Part shown: positions 45,467-55,214 of the stretch, one piece after another
Layout: each line of letters opens with the position of its first letter
How positions within the stretch are numbered: position 1 is the first letter of the stretch
Source: Thermoplasmatota archaeon
Lineage (GTDB): Archaea; Thermoplasmatota; Penumbrarchaeia; Penumbrarchaeales; Penumbrarchaeaceae
Direction of reading: 5' to 3'
Assembly (NCBI GenBank): GCA_049472195.1
Contig: JBLIRG010000001.1
Span: forward strand, 20,522 to 84,521
Length of the DNA stretch: 64,000 nucleotides
Program-made: the position numbers and the translations under genes
Notes under the pieces: generated by a model
Told to the model about the DNA's origin: nothing
The model's input: only the letters and a program-made list of their open reading frames with translations
Database searches by the model: none

Positions 45467-48400
45467 CTATTCCTCTGAAAGAGGTTTTCCCCCTCCGAAT
45501 CTCCTTGTCAGAAAGATCAGAACGACAATGAGTATCAGTATTGGGACGACGAAGAGAATCACCGCCAATTGCGTTCCGCTCCCGGATCCATCGGTCTCCT
45601 GAACTCCGAATCCTGTCGAAAACACGTTGTTGTTGAAGGCTCCACCATTTGAGAACTGGTCCCGATCTTCTATGATTTTATTATCGGGATCTATCTCTAT
45701 TCGGATGACATGGTCTCCGGCATCAAGGGTAAATTCGAACTCGAAGGGCGCCAATGATCCCGTATCCAGGTATTGAATTAAGAATTCATCAATGAATTCT
45801 TCATCTATGTATAGAACGACTCTGATTTTTTCAGCCTCGTAATCTCCCGTATTGCTGACTGATCCTTTCAGTATTACCGTGTCCCCATCCTCGCTGGTCG
45901 ATATCAACGATCCATCCCTCGATAACAGGGATGGCTCCCATCCGAACTTTAGATCTGGCAGAAGAATCGGGAGAATGCATTCCACCCTGTCTCCTCCCCC
46001 TCCTTCGATCGGAATACCATTGATACCGAATTGGATGCTTCTCGACCGATCCCCCATGCTGAAATGAAGGAAATCAACCCGGAACCCGATATACAGGCAT
46101 CCTCCGGATTCGAGAATCACTTCAATGCGATCGATGCCGCTATCGCTTGTGAATCCGAATTTATCAGCAGGCTCCATTATTGTTGTGTTCACAATCTCGT
46201 TACCGGGGACCATCCCATTCACAGCAGTAGCAGTCTTTTCCTTAGATATCCATGTGAATGTCGATTCCCACTGATGCCATTTGGATATGTTTAACGGGTC
46301 GTCACGGACCTCATCATCATTGAAATGAGCACGGATAGTTGATAGGCCGTTTCCCGTATTGGTCACCTTGAGTATCAGATCAGACGATCCTCCTGGTCTG
46401 ATCGATTCCGATATGATCGCATCACCCTGAAGGGATGTGATCTCTAGGGAATGGATGGTTCTCACATTTATCATCTGATCCAAACTGATGTTCCCGCCGG
46501 ATGATATTATAATTATCGGGGAAGAATAGATTCCTGCCCGGGCGGAATTCTTAATGTAAATCCTAGTCCGGATTGAGAGATCATCTCCAGGACTCAGAGC
46601 AACAGGTTCAAAGGGAATCCATTCAACCATAGTGAAAGACATTGTGAAGAGATCGTTATCATCCACATGAAGGTCGATTTCCTCCAATCCGTTGCCCTTA
46701 TTCTCAATTGTTATCCCTGAGAACAGAATATCACCGGGATCTCCGCTCACGATATCATCTGTCAATTCAGCCCGGATCGAATGTACCTGCTCCACCACCA
46801 CCTGAAGACTGAGTTTATTACGACCGCCTTTATCAGGATATAGATATGCAGTCAGATCTATATCGATGATTACTCCGGCTTTTTCATCCCATGGAACGGT
46901 CATATTCAGATACACGATCTTCGTCTCCATCAATATCAAGCTGACAGGGTTTTCGGAGAGAAATCCATTCCAATCAGATGTCAGGTTGGTGAATCCAAGA
47001 TATGCGGTGTTCAAGTATGTATTCCCGGTGCTTGTGAGACTGATGGCAAATTGCACCACCTCTCCGGGTTTGGTAGTAACAATGGGTTCATCCACGTTCA
47101 TTTCAAGATATCTGGACTCGTTGACCCTTATGTATAGAATATCAGAAAAAAACTCATAGGGAAAACCGGATGATTCCATGAACAGTGAATTTGAGACCGC
47201 TTCAATCGATCCTATCATTTCCCCCATCGCATCCTCGTGACACTCAATATGTATCGAAAGAACCGCCTCGACGACGTGATCCTCATTATCGAACATCGGC
47301 GTGCTGAGATTGATGGTGATCTCCCTTGTCCCCGAGTCGTTGAAATACCAATCCCAGTAATCCGGGGGTTCGTTGAGTTGTATATCGAATGTATCGTTCA
47401 CATCACCGGTATTCTCAACGATAAGGTCAGCGGTGATCGATCCACCGTTCGTTATACACATAGTCTTTGAACCGTTGAGCAGATCATCAGGATCCTCCAG
47501 AACAGGAGCATCGAATTCCATTTTTAATCCGGTCATAACATCCATTACAACAGAAAGAACCATTCTGTCCCAATACAATGGATGTCCGTCTAATGTGGCG
47601 GTTACATTAAACTTGAAGATCTGTCCCCGAATCCTGAATTCTTTCAGAGGGGAGTAAACATGAAGTATGAGATTGGCAACATCGCCACATCTCAACCAAG
47701 AATATGGAGGATCCTCATCGCCTTTATAGGAGGGTGTATCAAGCCTGCAGTACCAACCCTCATCCGAATATTCATTATCAACCTCGAGATCGATCCTCAT
47801 TAATTCGTCCTTTTCCAGCAGCTTGCATTTATTTTCAAGCGTGATATTGAATAAAGTGCTTTCACCGGATTTAATTTCCTTTATCGTGGAATCCCTAACA
47901 GCCTTCCTGACAGTGGGATAGAGATCAATCCGATATCTGTCGATGAAACCGCTGTAACCGGTCCTGTTTTCGTTTCCATGGAAGGAGGTCCACTCACTCT
48001 GAAATGTTCCCGTTCCCCCGCCACCAGCTATACAGAGAAGATTCCCTTCCGAATCCCCGATCAGGACCTCGGGAACCCGATCCAGGTCGATATCGGATAT
48101 GACAGGTGATGAGAAACCAACCGATATTCCTTGATCGTAACCCCAGATCACGTCCTGCATTGGTCCATCTCCTGTAAACGGCATCCCGTGATCGATCCCT
48201 TCGGAGGGATCCAGCTCAAGGCAGTAGATCCTTCCTCTATCCGTTCCAACAACCACAGCGTAATCTTCCTCTCCGGTCCAATCGAAAACAGCAGGAGACG
48301 ACCTGATCCTATCCCAGGCGTTGTACTTCCATCTGACATCCCTTGATGAGGAATTAAGGCAATAAATGAAACCATCGTCCGATCCGAAGATAATGTCATA

Positions 48401-49576
48401 CTCCCATCTCAGACGATCGTCCGAATCGTTGTAATACCGATCCCTGGTCATGATCGCCGGAGATGACATCACAGCGGATCCGTTTCCCGACAGATTATAA
48501 TTCCATATCTCCTCCCCCGAGGAATTGAAAACCCTGAGATAACCGGACCACTCGTCCCAACCGGATCCCGATCCCTCCGACGTGCCGACGATTATCTCGC
48601 AGTCAGGGGATCCGGTAATATTCATAACAACCGGGGTCGCCAGGTTGTAATTCCCACCCGTCGCATTCGCGGTTATATTCATCACCAGACTGCCATTTTC
48701 ATATGAGGGATCGATGATATTGATGAAATTCCCAAAAGAGGTGAACACCAACTCCGTCGTTGGATCATTCCCTCGAGGATCTAGCGACTGCCATGGACCG
48801 TCCCATGCGCTTCCCTGAAGATCCTGTGCTACCGGAGTCGATCCCAATATCAGAGACGTATTGATCCGATTTCTCGAAAGAATATCTCCGTCCCCCGATA
48901 TGACCTCTATCCAATTGGTATTGTTATGGGCCGAGGAAGTGACGATGATCTCCAGATCCTCCTTTCCACCAAAAGTTCCATTGAGATCTGTGATGCAGGG
49001 GGTTCCGAAGTAGCAACCTGATGTTTCTCCCGTCTTCCATAGCTGAGTTCCGTTCGCACCCAGGCATACCAGTCCGGAGTACGAACAGATCAATACCTCT
49101 GGTCTTGGACCGTCTGTGATATCCCCGACAACAGGTGAGGGGAAGAACCGTGGCGGATCGAAATTCCCCGTGGTGGGATCCTCGAAATCCCCTATGGAGT
49201 TGATATTCAAAATGACCGGTGCATCCCAGTAATCCGTCCCGTTGTGATTGTAGGCCATTAGGATGCCGTTTTGAGTCATCACGAGAATCTCCTGATATCC
49301 ATCCAGATCTAGATCAGCAATACAAGGAGTGGATACCTGGCCGTTTAAAGGGTCCGGGAGATCAACCTGCCATTCAAGGCTTCCGAGGGGCCCTATGGGT
49401 GAGATGTCATCCGATCGTAAAACATTCTCGTCGTCGCATCCAAAGGCATGGTAATCCCGTTTTGAATCCTCGGGAATAACATCAGCGATCAACTCGATAT
49501 ATGATCCGGAAACGAGTATGAGAAGGATCGAAAATGATAACAAATATGATTTATGATATTCCATCGAACCTCTCAT
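45467..49576 (-). CDS. Paralog of 41113-45318: beta-propeller plus Ig-repeat surface protein
   Basis: Colinear motifs STPCIADLDLDG, FDPPRFF, VAQDLQGSAWDGP, DPSEGIDHG, WTSFHGNENRTG, IEIDPDNKIIE, terminal TM; AGGAGGT RBS. Confidence 0.85.
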   Translation of the reverse strand: MRGSMEYHKSYLLSFSILLILVSGSYIELIADVIPEDSKRDYHAFGCDDENVLRSDDISPIGPLGSLEWQVDLPDPLNGQVSTPCIADLDLDGYQEILVMTQNGILMAYNHNGTDYWDAPVILNINSIGDFEDPTTGNFDPPRFFPSPVVGDITDGPRPEVLICSYSGLVCLGANGTQLWKTGETSGCYFGTPCITDLNGTFGGKEDLEIIVTSSAHNNTNWIEVISGDGDILSRNRINTSLILGSTPVAQDLQGSAWDGPWQSLDPRGNDPTTELVFTSFGNFINIIDPSYENGSLVMNITANATGGNYNLATPVVMNITGSPDCEIIVGTSEGSGSGWDEWSGYLRVFNSSGEEIWNYNLSGNGSAVMSSPAIMTRDRYYNDSDDRLRWEYDIIFGSDDGFIYCLNSSSRDVRWKYNAWDRIRSSPAVFDWTGEEDYAVVVGTDRGRIYCLELDPSEGIDHGMPFTGDGPMQDVIWGYDQGISVGFSSPVISDIDLDRVPEVLIGDSEGNLLCIAGGGGTGTFQSEWTSFHGNENRTGYSGFIDRYRIDLYPTVRKAVRDSTIKEIKSGESTLFNITLENKCKLLEKDELMRIDLEVDNEYSDEGWYCRLDTPSYKGDEDPPYSWLRCGDVANLILHVYSPLKEFRIRGQIFKFNVTATLDGHPLYWDRMVLSVVMDVMTGLKMEFDAPVLEDPDDLLNGSKTMCITNGGSITADLIVENTGDVNDTFDIQLNEPPDYWDWYFNDSGTREITINLSTPMFDNEDHVVEAVLSIHIECHEDAMGEMIGSIEAVSNSLFMESSGFPYEFFSDILYIRVNESRYLEMNVDEPIVTTKPGEVVQFAISLTSTGNTYLNTAYLGFTNLTSDWNGFLSENPVSLILMETKIVYLNMTVPWDEKAGVIIDIDLTAYLYPDKGGRNKLSLQVVVEQVHSIRAELTDDIVSGDPGDILFSGITIENKGNGLEEIDLHVDDNDLFTMSFTMVEWIPFEPVALSPGDDLSIRTRIYIKNSARAGIYSSPIIIISSGGNISLDQMINVRTIHSLEITSLQGDAIISESIRPGGSSDLILKVTNTGNGLSTIRAHFNDDEVRDDPLNISKWHQWESTFTWISKEKTATAVNGMVPGNEIVNTTIMEPADKFGFTSDSGIDRIEVILESGGCLYIGFRVDFLHFSMGDRSRSIQFGINGIPIEGGGGDRVECILPILLPDLKFGWEPSLLSRDGSLISTSEDGDTVILKGSVSNTGDYEAEKIRVVLYIDEEFIDEFLIQYLDTGSLAPFEFEFTLDAGDHVIRIEIDPDNKIIEDRDQFSNGGAFNNNVFSTGFGVQETDGSGSGTQLAVILFVVPILILIVVLIFLTRRFGGGKPLSEE

Positions 49577-49659
49577 CCGGGCACCTCCTTTGGAGATATG
49601 TATATATAATTCTGATCGGTGATAAAATTTACCTTCCGATCAGGTTTAAGGTCGGGATA

Positions 49660-50247
49660 TCATCCGCTTTTTCCGGCCCCCTCCGAGATCATGATGGATA
49701 TCATCCTGGATCTCTTCCTGATATCCCCGTCCGGATGATCCTTGAGGGAATCAAGATAATCGGCGGCGGTCTCAATGCCCTCGATATGTCCTTTTCTCGC
49801 CATCCGAAAGAGAAATGACACGGTCCAGTACAATTCCGACAGCCTCCATCCCACGGGATTAGCCGGAGGGATCATCACCCTTCCGACCTTCCCGCAGTGC
49901 GGGCATTTCAATTTCTTTGGAAAAACAGGGGGATTGACCTCAACCGTTTTCATGCACGAGAGACACCTGATATTCGCGGGGCTGAAGCGGTCGGCGTTAT
50001 CGATTGCGGCAAGATAGGATGACATCATCCCAACGTGGTGTCTCACCTCCTCGTTGAGATCCTCCCTGGCCATCCTGTAAAGGATGTATGCGGAGAGAGT
50101 CCTCACCACGAAATCATCCGATCCGATGCCGTCGGTTACCGAATCGAGCTTCCTGAGAACCTCCGAGGGATCATCCATCGCCTTCTGTGCCAGGCGGATC
50201 ATTCCCGATCTTTCCCTTCCCCTCCCGATCCTTTTCAGAAAGGACAT
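49660..50247 (-). CDS. Hypothetical helical protein with inserted Zn-ribbon
   Basis: CLSC...CPHCG within a HEAT-like helical sequence. Confidence 0.65.
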   Translation of the reverse strand: MSFLKRIGRGRERSGMIRLAQKAMDDPSEVLRKLDSVTDGIGSDDFVVRTLSAYILYRMAREDLNEEVRHHVGMMSSYLAAIDNADRFSPANIRCLSCMKTVEVNPPVFPKKLKCPHCGKVGRVMIPPANPVGWRLSELYWTVSFLFRMARKGHIEGIETAADYLDSLKDHPDGDIRKRSRMISIMISEGAGKSG

Positions 50248-50345
50248 GGACCGGGGTATCCACGATAATCCAGATATGGTTTGCGTATCGATCAGCTGAA
50301 AATCATCCCCAAAGTTATATAATCACCCGGGGGGAAATTTCATAC

Positions 50346-50762
50346 ATGGGCAAAGGGAACTTCATGTCCGTCAAGGGCTGGATCTCGCTGGTATTCGGAT
50401 TCGGATCCATCCTGCTTTTCGCGGAGCTGTTCGTGGGTGTCCTGATCCACGAGAAAAACGCCCTGTCATACCTCTTCTCTGTACCTGAATGGTCCATCAT
50501 AGGTTACATGGGCCTTCTTCTGTGGTTGGTTGCGATCGTCATAGGGGTCTGCTACAGGCTTTCCCGATCAAGGACCGAAAGAAGCGTCAAATCCATATTT
50601 CTCAGGGGAAGGGAGTCGTTCAAATGTCCTGAATGCGGAAGGATCAACAGGGCCGCGGGCGTAGGGTACCATAAAAGGATTGAATGCGGCTGCGGGAAGG
50701 AATACGATGTGTTCCAGGATATGCCCTGGGACGAGACATACGAGCAGGCGGATGATGCATGA
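50346..50762 (+). CDS. Small membrane protein with C-terminal Zn-ribbon
   Basis: Two TM helices, then FKCPECG...IECGCG; ATG 50346 chosen to avoid overlap with the divergent gene. Confidence 0.7.
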   Translation: MGKGNFMSVKGWISLVFGFGSILLFAELFVGVLIHEKNALSYLFSVPEWSIIGYMGLLLWLVAIVIGVCYRLSRSRTERSVKSIFLRGRESFKCPECGRINRAAGVGYHKRIECGCGKEYDVFQDMPWDETYEQADDA

Positions 50763-52367
50763 TCATTTTTCGATCCTGATCCTTGCCAGCATCTCCTCCG
50801 CGGACAGGGAGTGGCCGATCTCCCGAAACGTCCTCTCACCGGCCAGTCCGTTGACGAACGCCGCAAGTCCGGCCGCATCGAACGTGGTCATCCCCCTGGC
50901 AATGAAACCGGTGCAGAGGCCCGACAGGATATCACCGGTCCCTCCCGCCGACATTGCCGGGTGGCCGGTGTCGTTGAGCCTTCTGGATATGATCCCGTGT
51001 TTGGTCGGCATCTGGATCCTTTCCCCGAGGGAGTGGGTCTCCGAAGAAACAATGACATCAACGGGCCCTTTCATCAGGACCTCTGCCCTGTGGGACCGGC
51101 AGAACGAGGCCACGGCGTCCATCAATCTCCCGTTCATGTCGATCACAACTCCCTTGGCCCTCTTGTACGGATCGGATATCTTCTTTCCCTCTGAGATGAC
51201 GTTCAATCCCTCGAGAAGCCTCATCAGCTCCCCGCGATGCGGCGTGAACAGTATATGACCGGGGGTCTTCGACATTTTGGTGGTTGATGAAAATCTTCCA
51301 GAAACAGCCGTAATCCCGTCCGCATCGACGACAATCCTGCTGCCTTCCTGGAGTGCATATGTGATGATCCGGGCCAATGTGTCAAGCGTCTCATCGTCGT
51401 TCCCGGCGCCGGGCCCTACCAGAACGCAGTCGGCCCATCTGACCAATTCCATCAACCGGTTCAAACAACCGGCATCTATCCGGTACGGATCCTTCGTCCG
51501 GAGCCTCTCCACGATCAGGTCCATGGAATACGAAGCGATCGTGTCGGATATGCCGATGGGCACCGCAACCCTGACAAGATTCGCACCCGCTTTCAAGGCC
51601 GCGATCGATGCAAGGGCCGGAGCTCCCGTGAACGGACCGCCTCCAATAACGAGAACCCTTCCCCCGTCCCCCTTTTTTGCATCCTCCGGGAGCGCCGGAT
51701 ATCTCTTCAGGTCCCCGGACCCCATGTAGATCGACGCCGCGGCAGGGATGCCGATATCCTTGACAACGATCTCCCCGCAGTATGGATGGGGCAGACCGTC
51801 GACATACATGTTCGTCTTCGCCTCGTGAAACGTCACGGTTACCCTGGCCTTGATGCAGGGCTCGAACCCGATGCCCGAGGGCATGTCCACGGACATGATG
51901 GGGACCCCGGACCCGTTCATTATCCGAACCGCCTCCCAGTAATTACCCCTTGGTTCACCCATGGCTCCCGCGCCCAGAAGCGCATCCACGAGCACGTCCG
52001 AATCCGAAAGCAGCGCACCGAACGAGGATGTATCGAGATCCTTCCCCAGTATGTAGGTATGAACGTCCTCCGGCAGGGATTGAAATGCATTCTTCGCAAG
52101 GTCCGTTCCTATATTCTCGGGGGATTTCATCAGGACGACCCTCACCTCGTATCCAAGATCGTTGATCGACCTGGCCGCTACGAAACCGTCGCCGCCGTTG
52201 TTGCCTGCCCCGCAAACGAAGGTCACCCTGCACACGTCGCAGTAAGCAACGATCTCTTCAGCCATGGCCTTACCGGCATTCTCCATGAGGGTGCTAGTCT
52301 CGACACCCTGCCATGCGCTGTTGGAATCGAGTATTGACACTTCCTTCGGCTCGATCAAACAAATCAC
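50763..52367 (-). CDS. nnr: Bifunctional NAD(P)H-hydrate epimerase/dehydratase
   Basis: LMENAGKA, CGAGNNGGDG, DALLGAG, VDMPSG, GGGPFTGAPALA, VVDADG, TPHRGE, GGTGDILSG. Confidence 0.95.
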   Translation of the reverse strand: MICLIEPKEVSILDSNSAWQGVETSTLMENAGKAMAEEIVAYCDVCRVTFVCGAGNNGGDGFVAARSINDLGYEVRVVLMKSPENIGTDLAKNAFQSLPEDVHTYILGKDLDTSSFGALLSDSDVLVDALLGAGAMGEPRGNYWEAVRIMNGSGVPIMSVDMPSGIGFEPCIKARVTVTFHEAKTNMYVDGLPHPYCGEIVVKDIGIPAAASIYMGSGDLKRYPALPEDAKKGDGGRVLVIGGGPFTGAPALASIAALKAGANLVRVAVPIGISDTIASYSMDLIVERLRTKDPYRIDAGCLNRLMELVRWADCVLVGPGAGNDDETLDTLARIITYALQEGSRIVVDADGITAVSGRFSSTTKMSKTPGHILFTPHRGELMRLLEGLNVISEGKKISDPYKRAKGVVIDMNGRLMDAVASFCRSHRAEVLMKGPVDVIVSSETHSLGERIQMPTKHGIISRRLNDTGHPAMSAGGTGDILSGLCTGFIARGMTTFDAAGLAAFVNGLAGERTFREIGHSLSAEEMLARIRIEK

Positions 52368-54979
52368 TCCAGTATCGATACCTCGACAGCCTCCACCGGT
52401 TCCTCTTCAGGCTCATCACCGCCCAGAAGCTGCATCGTTATGGCATCGGCCTCTTTTAGAATGTCCCGATCGGGCGGGGCCTTGAGAGGTTTCGCGGTCT
52501 CTTTTGAATCCTGCCTGATCGATGTTACCTCCACCCGGGGTTTCCCGGCAGGCTTCGACTGCTGTTCCGCGGCGGGCTTCTTCTTTGAGAACCTTATGTA
52601 GATGAACACCCCAGCCGCCAGCAGGACAAATCCTACCACAGCCACCACTATCAGGATCAGCGGATCGATCGACAGCGAATCATCGGTATTTCGGACATTC
52701 ACCTGAAACGTAACATCCCTCTCCAATCCGTCGGTGTAAGCCTCGATACTGACCGAGAAGAACATGTCCTCGTCTATCTCGAAAGCCTCAACATCCGCCT
52801 TCAGATCCTCGGAATCGCCGGGGGCCAGGCCGTTGACGGAAGAGGGGGTCATGTTCACCCCGAGCTCAGGAGGGCTCTCTATCCTGAAATCCAGATCGAC
52901 GATGGTGTTGCCCCGGTTCTGAACCGTCATGTTGACAATTATCTTCTTACCCTCGGACACCTCGTGAATTACATCGGGCTTTTCCGCTTCGAACTTCACA
53001 TCCATTATCTTCCTGATCTTCACAACGAGATCCAGGGAATCGGTGGTTCCGTCTCCCGCGACGGTGATCCGAACATCGAAACCGCCGTCGTCGACGTAGA
53101 GCTGTCCTTCCATGGGAGTGACGCTCAGGTTGAATCCCGTCCCCGTTCCGGGAAGAAGGTCCGCCGCATCGTTGTCCAGGTCCATATCCCATCCGGTCGG
53201 AATATCGGCATCTACCGAGAACTCGGTCCTCTCGAGAGTCGGGTTGTAGAGGTAGAGCCCGAAGGAAACGCTGCTGTATTTTATCGGGGTGGTCGTGCCG
53301 GATCTCGGGGCGGTCATCTCGGTAATCCCCGAAGGTACCGATATGACATCCATGCCCGGATCCACCACCAGAACCGAGAAGTACACGGACCGCTCCTCCG
53401 ATCCGCCCCTCGGTCTTGCATTCACCTTGAATTCGAAGGTGCCCCCGTCCTCAGACGATGAAACGGCAAGAGCTATCGAGACAAGTGTGTCATTTCCCGG
53501 TCCGACCTCGACATTGTAATAGGATCCCTCCTGGACCCCGTTGTCTGCCTCCATCTCGGATGTTATGGTGGATGGAAGACCCGAAACCGACATCTCGAAG
53601 ATCTTCGTGTCGTTCCTCAGATTGGTTAGACGGACCTGGTACTCCGCGTTCATACCGGGATTGACCGCTCTCTGGCTGTCCCCCACCGCCTCTATACCGA
53701 ACGTCGCCTCCCCCTTGACATAGATCTCGCCCGATACGGTGTACATTCTCCCGGCGTTCCTGGATGTCACCTTCATGGTGACGTTGGATTCCTCGCCGAT
53801 CCTGGCCTTGAGGGGGACGGTCACCCTGAACTCGACAGTCAGCTCCGCACCCGGTTCTATATCGATATCGTCCGGTGCCTGGACCGTCCATCCTCTCGTA
53901 TCCTGGGAGGAGAACGACAGCCTGTCGGTGGAACCCCCGCCGTTGAGTATCTTCATCCCGAATATGGCTATGTCACCGGCATCAACCTCGATCGATGACG
54001 GCCCGTCGAGAGCGACGTAGAGGCCCTCCGCAGCCGTGAGGGTGAAGGTTTCCGAGATGGTGAAACCCGTATGACTGATCCCGGTGATTATGACGTCATA
54101 ATCACCGACCGGCATCGACTCGGGCAGCTCCTCGGTGAAATTGTAGTATGTCCATTCCTGGCCGCCTCCGGGTTCGGGATCTGTCGTGGTCCTGTTCAGG
54201 AGAATATTACCCTCCGGGGATCTTATCAGAAGGTTTATGGATGCCACGTCGTAGGCGCCGAAATGGTCCTTGACACCGCAATGGAAGCTGACCGTCCTGG
54301 TCTCGGGAGGTCCGTTGGGCAGGATCTCCGAGATCTCGCTTCCACCGGGATTCGTCATCAGAAGGCTTATCCCGTCGTCGGGGATGGGTTGAGCATAGAA
54401 TGAGAGATATGAATTGCCTCCTGTTGGTGACTGATACAAGAACGTGTACAGGGGCTCCAATCCGGTAAATCCCTCTCCTTCCGTTATGTTCAGGACCAGC
54501 CTGATGACTGATCCGGCAGATATCGTTGTCCCGCCAGATATGGGTACCGCCAGATCGCTCTGATCAAGATCGCCCTGTTCTATCTGCGTTGATCCGATAA
54601 CATCCTCGATCCCGGTCGATTTTCGCTCGATGAGTTCGATCGATAGGACCACTCCGGTGGAACCAGGGGTAACCGTTCCACCCTCCAGGTGAAGGATCAC
54701 GACCGTTGAACCGGAATCAACGGGACCGCTTATCGGCATGTCATCGGTAACGGGCCAGAGGAGCTCGTAATCCTCCGGCTGCCCCATCACCATGCTCTCA
54801 GTAACCCTGGTTGTTCCCGAGGGAGGTATGGTATCAAGCTTCCCATTCTGTTGATACAGATATAGCCGGCAGTCGAAATCCTCCTGACCATCTGCACCCT
54901 CCAAATTCACTATCAGCAGAAATGCCGAGCTCAGCAGTATGAGCGACATCGCCAATGCGATGTGTTTACCTCCTGCCAT
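52364..54979 (-). CDS. Secreted, membrane-anchored protein with NEW3/Ig-like repeats
   Basis: Signal peptide; repeated N.G...D...GW...I.PG modules; TM PLILIVVAVVGFVLLAAGVFIYIRFSKKK. Confidence 0.8.
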   Translation of the reverse strand: MAGGKHIALAMSLILLSSAFLLIVNLEGADGQEDFDCRLYLYQQNGKLDTIPPSGTTRVTESMVMGQPEDYELLWPVTDDMPISGPVDSGSTVVILHLEGGTVTPGSTGVVLSIELIERKSTGIEDVIGSTQIEQGDLDQSDLAVPISGGTTISAGSVIRLVLNITEGEGFTGLEPLYTFLYQSPTGGNSYLSFYAQPIPDDGISLLMTNPGGSEISEILPNGPPETRTVSFHCGVKDHFGAYDVASINLLIRSPEGNILLNRTTTDPEPGGGQEWTYYNFTEELPESMPVGDYDVIITGISHTGFTISETFTLTAAEGLYVALDGPSSIEVDAGDIAIFGMKILNGGGSTDRLSFSSQDTRGWTVQAPDDIDIEPGAELTVEFRVTVPLKARIGEESNVTMKVTSRNAGRMYTVSGEIYVKGEATFGIEAVGDSQRAVNPGMNAEYQVRLTNLRNDTKIFEMSVSGLPSTITSEMEADNGVQEGSYYNVEVGPGNDTLVSIALAVSSSEDGGTFEFKVNARPRGGSEERSVYFSVLVVDPGMDVISVPSGITEMTAPRSGTTTPIKYSSVSFGLYLYNPTLERTEFSVDADIPTGWDMDLDNDAADLLPGTGTGFNLSVTPMEGQLYVDDGGFDVRITVAGDGTTDSLDLVVKIRKIMDVKFEAEKPDVIHEVSEGKKIIVNMTVQNRGNTIVDLDFRIESPPELGVNMTPSSVNGLAPGDSEDLKADVEAFEIDEDMFFSVSIEAYTDGLERDVTFQVNVRNTDDSLSIDPLILIVVAVVGFVLLAAGVFIYIRFSKKKPAAEQQSKPAGKPRVEVTSIRQDSKETAKPLKAPPDRDILKEADAITMQLLGGDEPEEEPVEAVEVSILE

Positions 54980-55214
54980 GTTATTAACCCCTATATAATG
55001 CCGGAATGGTCCCTGGGTTTATATATTTCCCTGCATGATCCCAACACCCGTAAACACGGAAAAACCGCATATTTATCGCAACGGATATGTAAAGGAAATA
55101 CAATATCCGCCCCGTCCCGATCCTTACGATGAACCCCCTGCATCGGTCGGGCAAGAGTGTTATCGATCCGTTTACCACCGGGATCGGACGGCGAAGGCAG
55201 GATGGTTGGGTATC

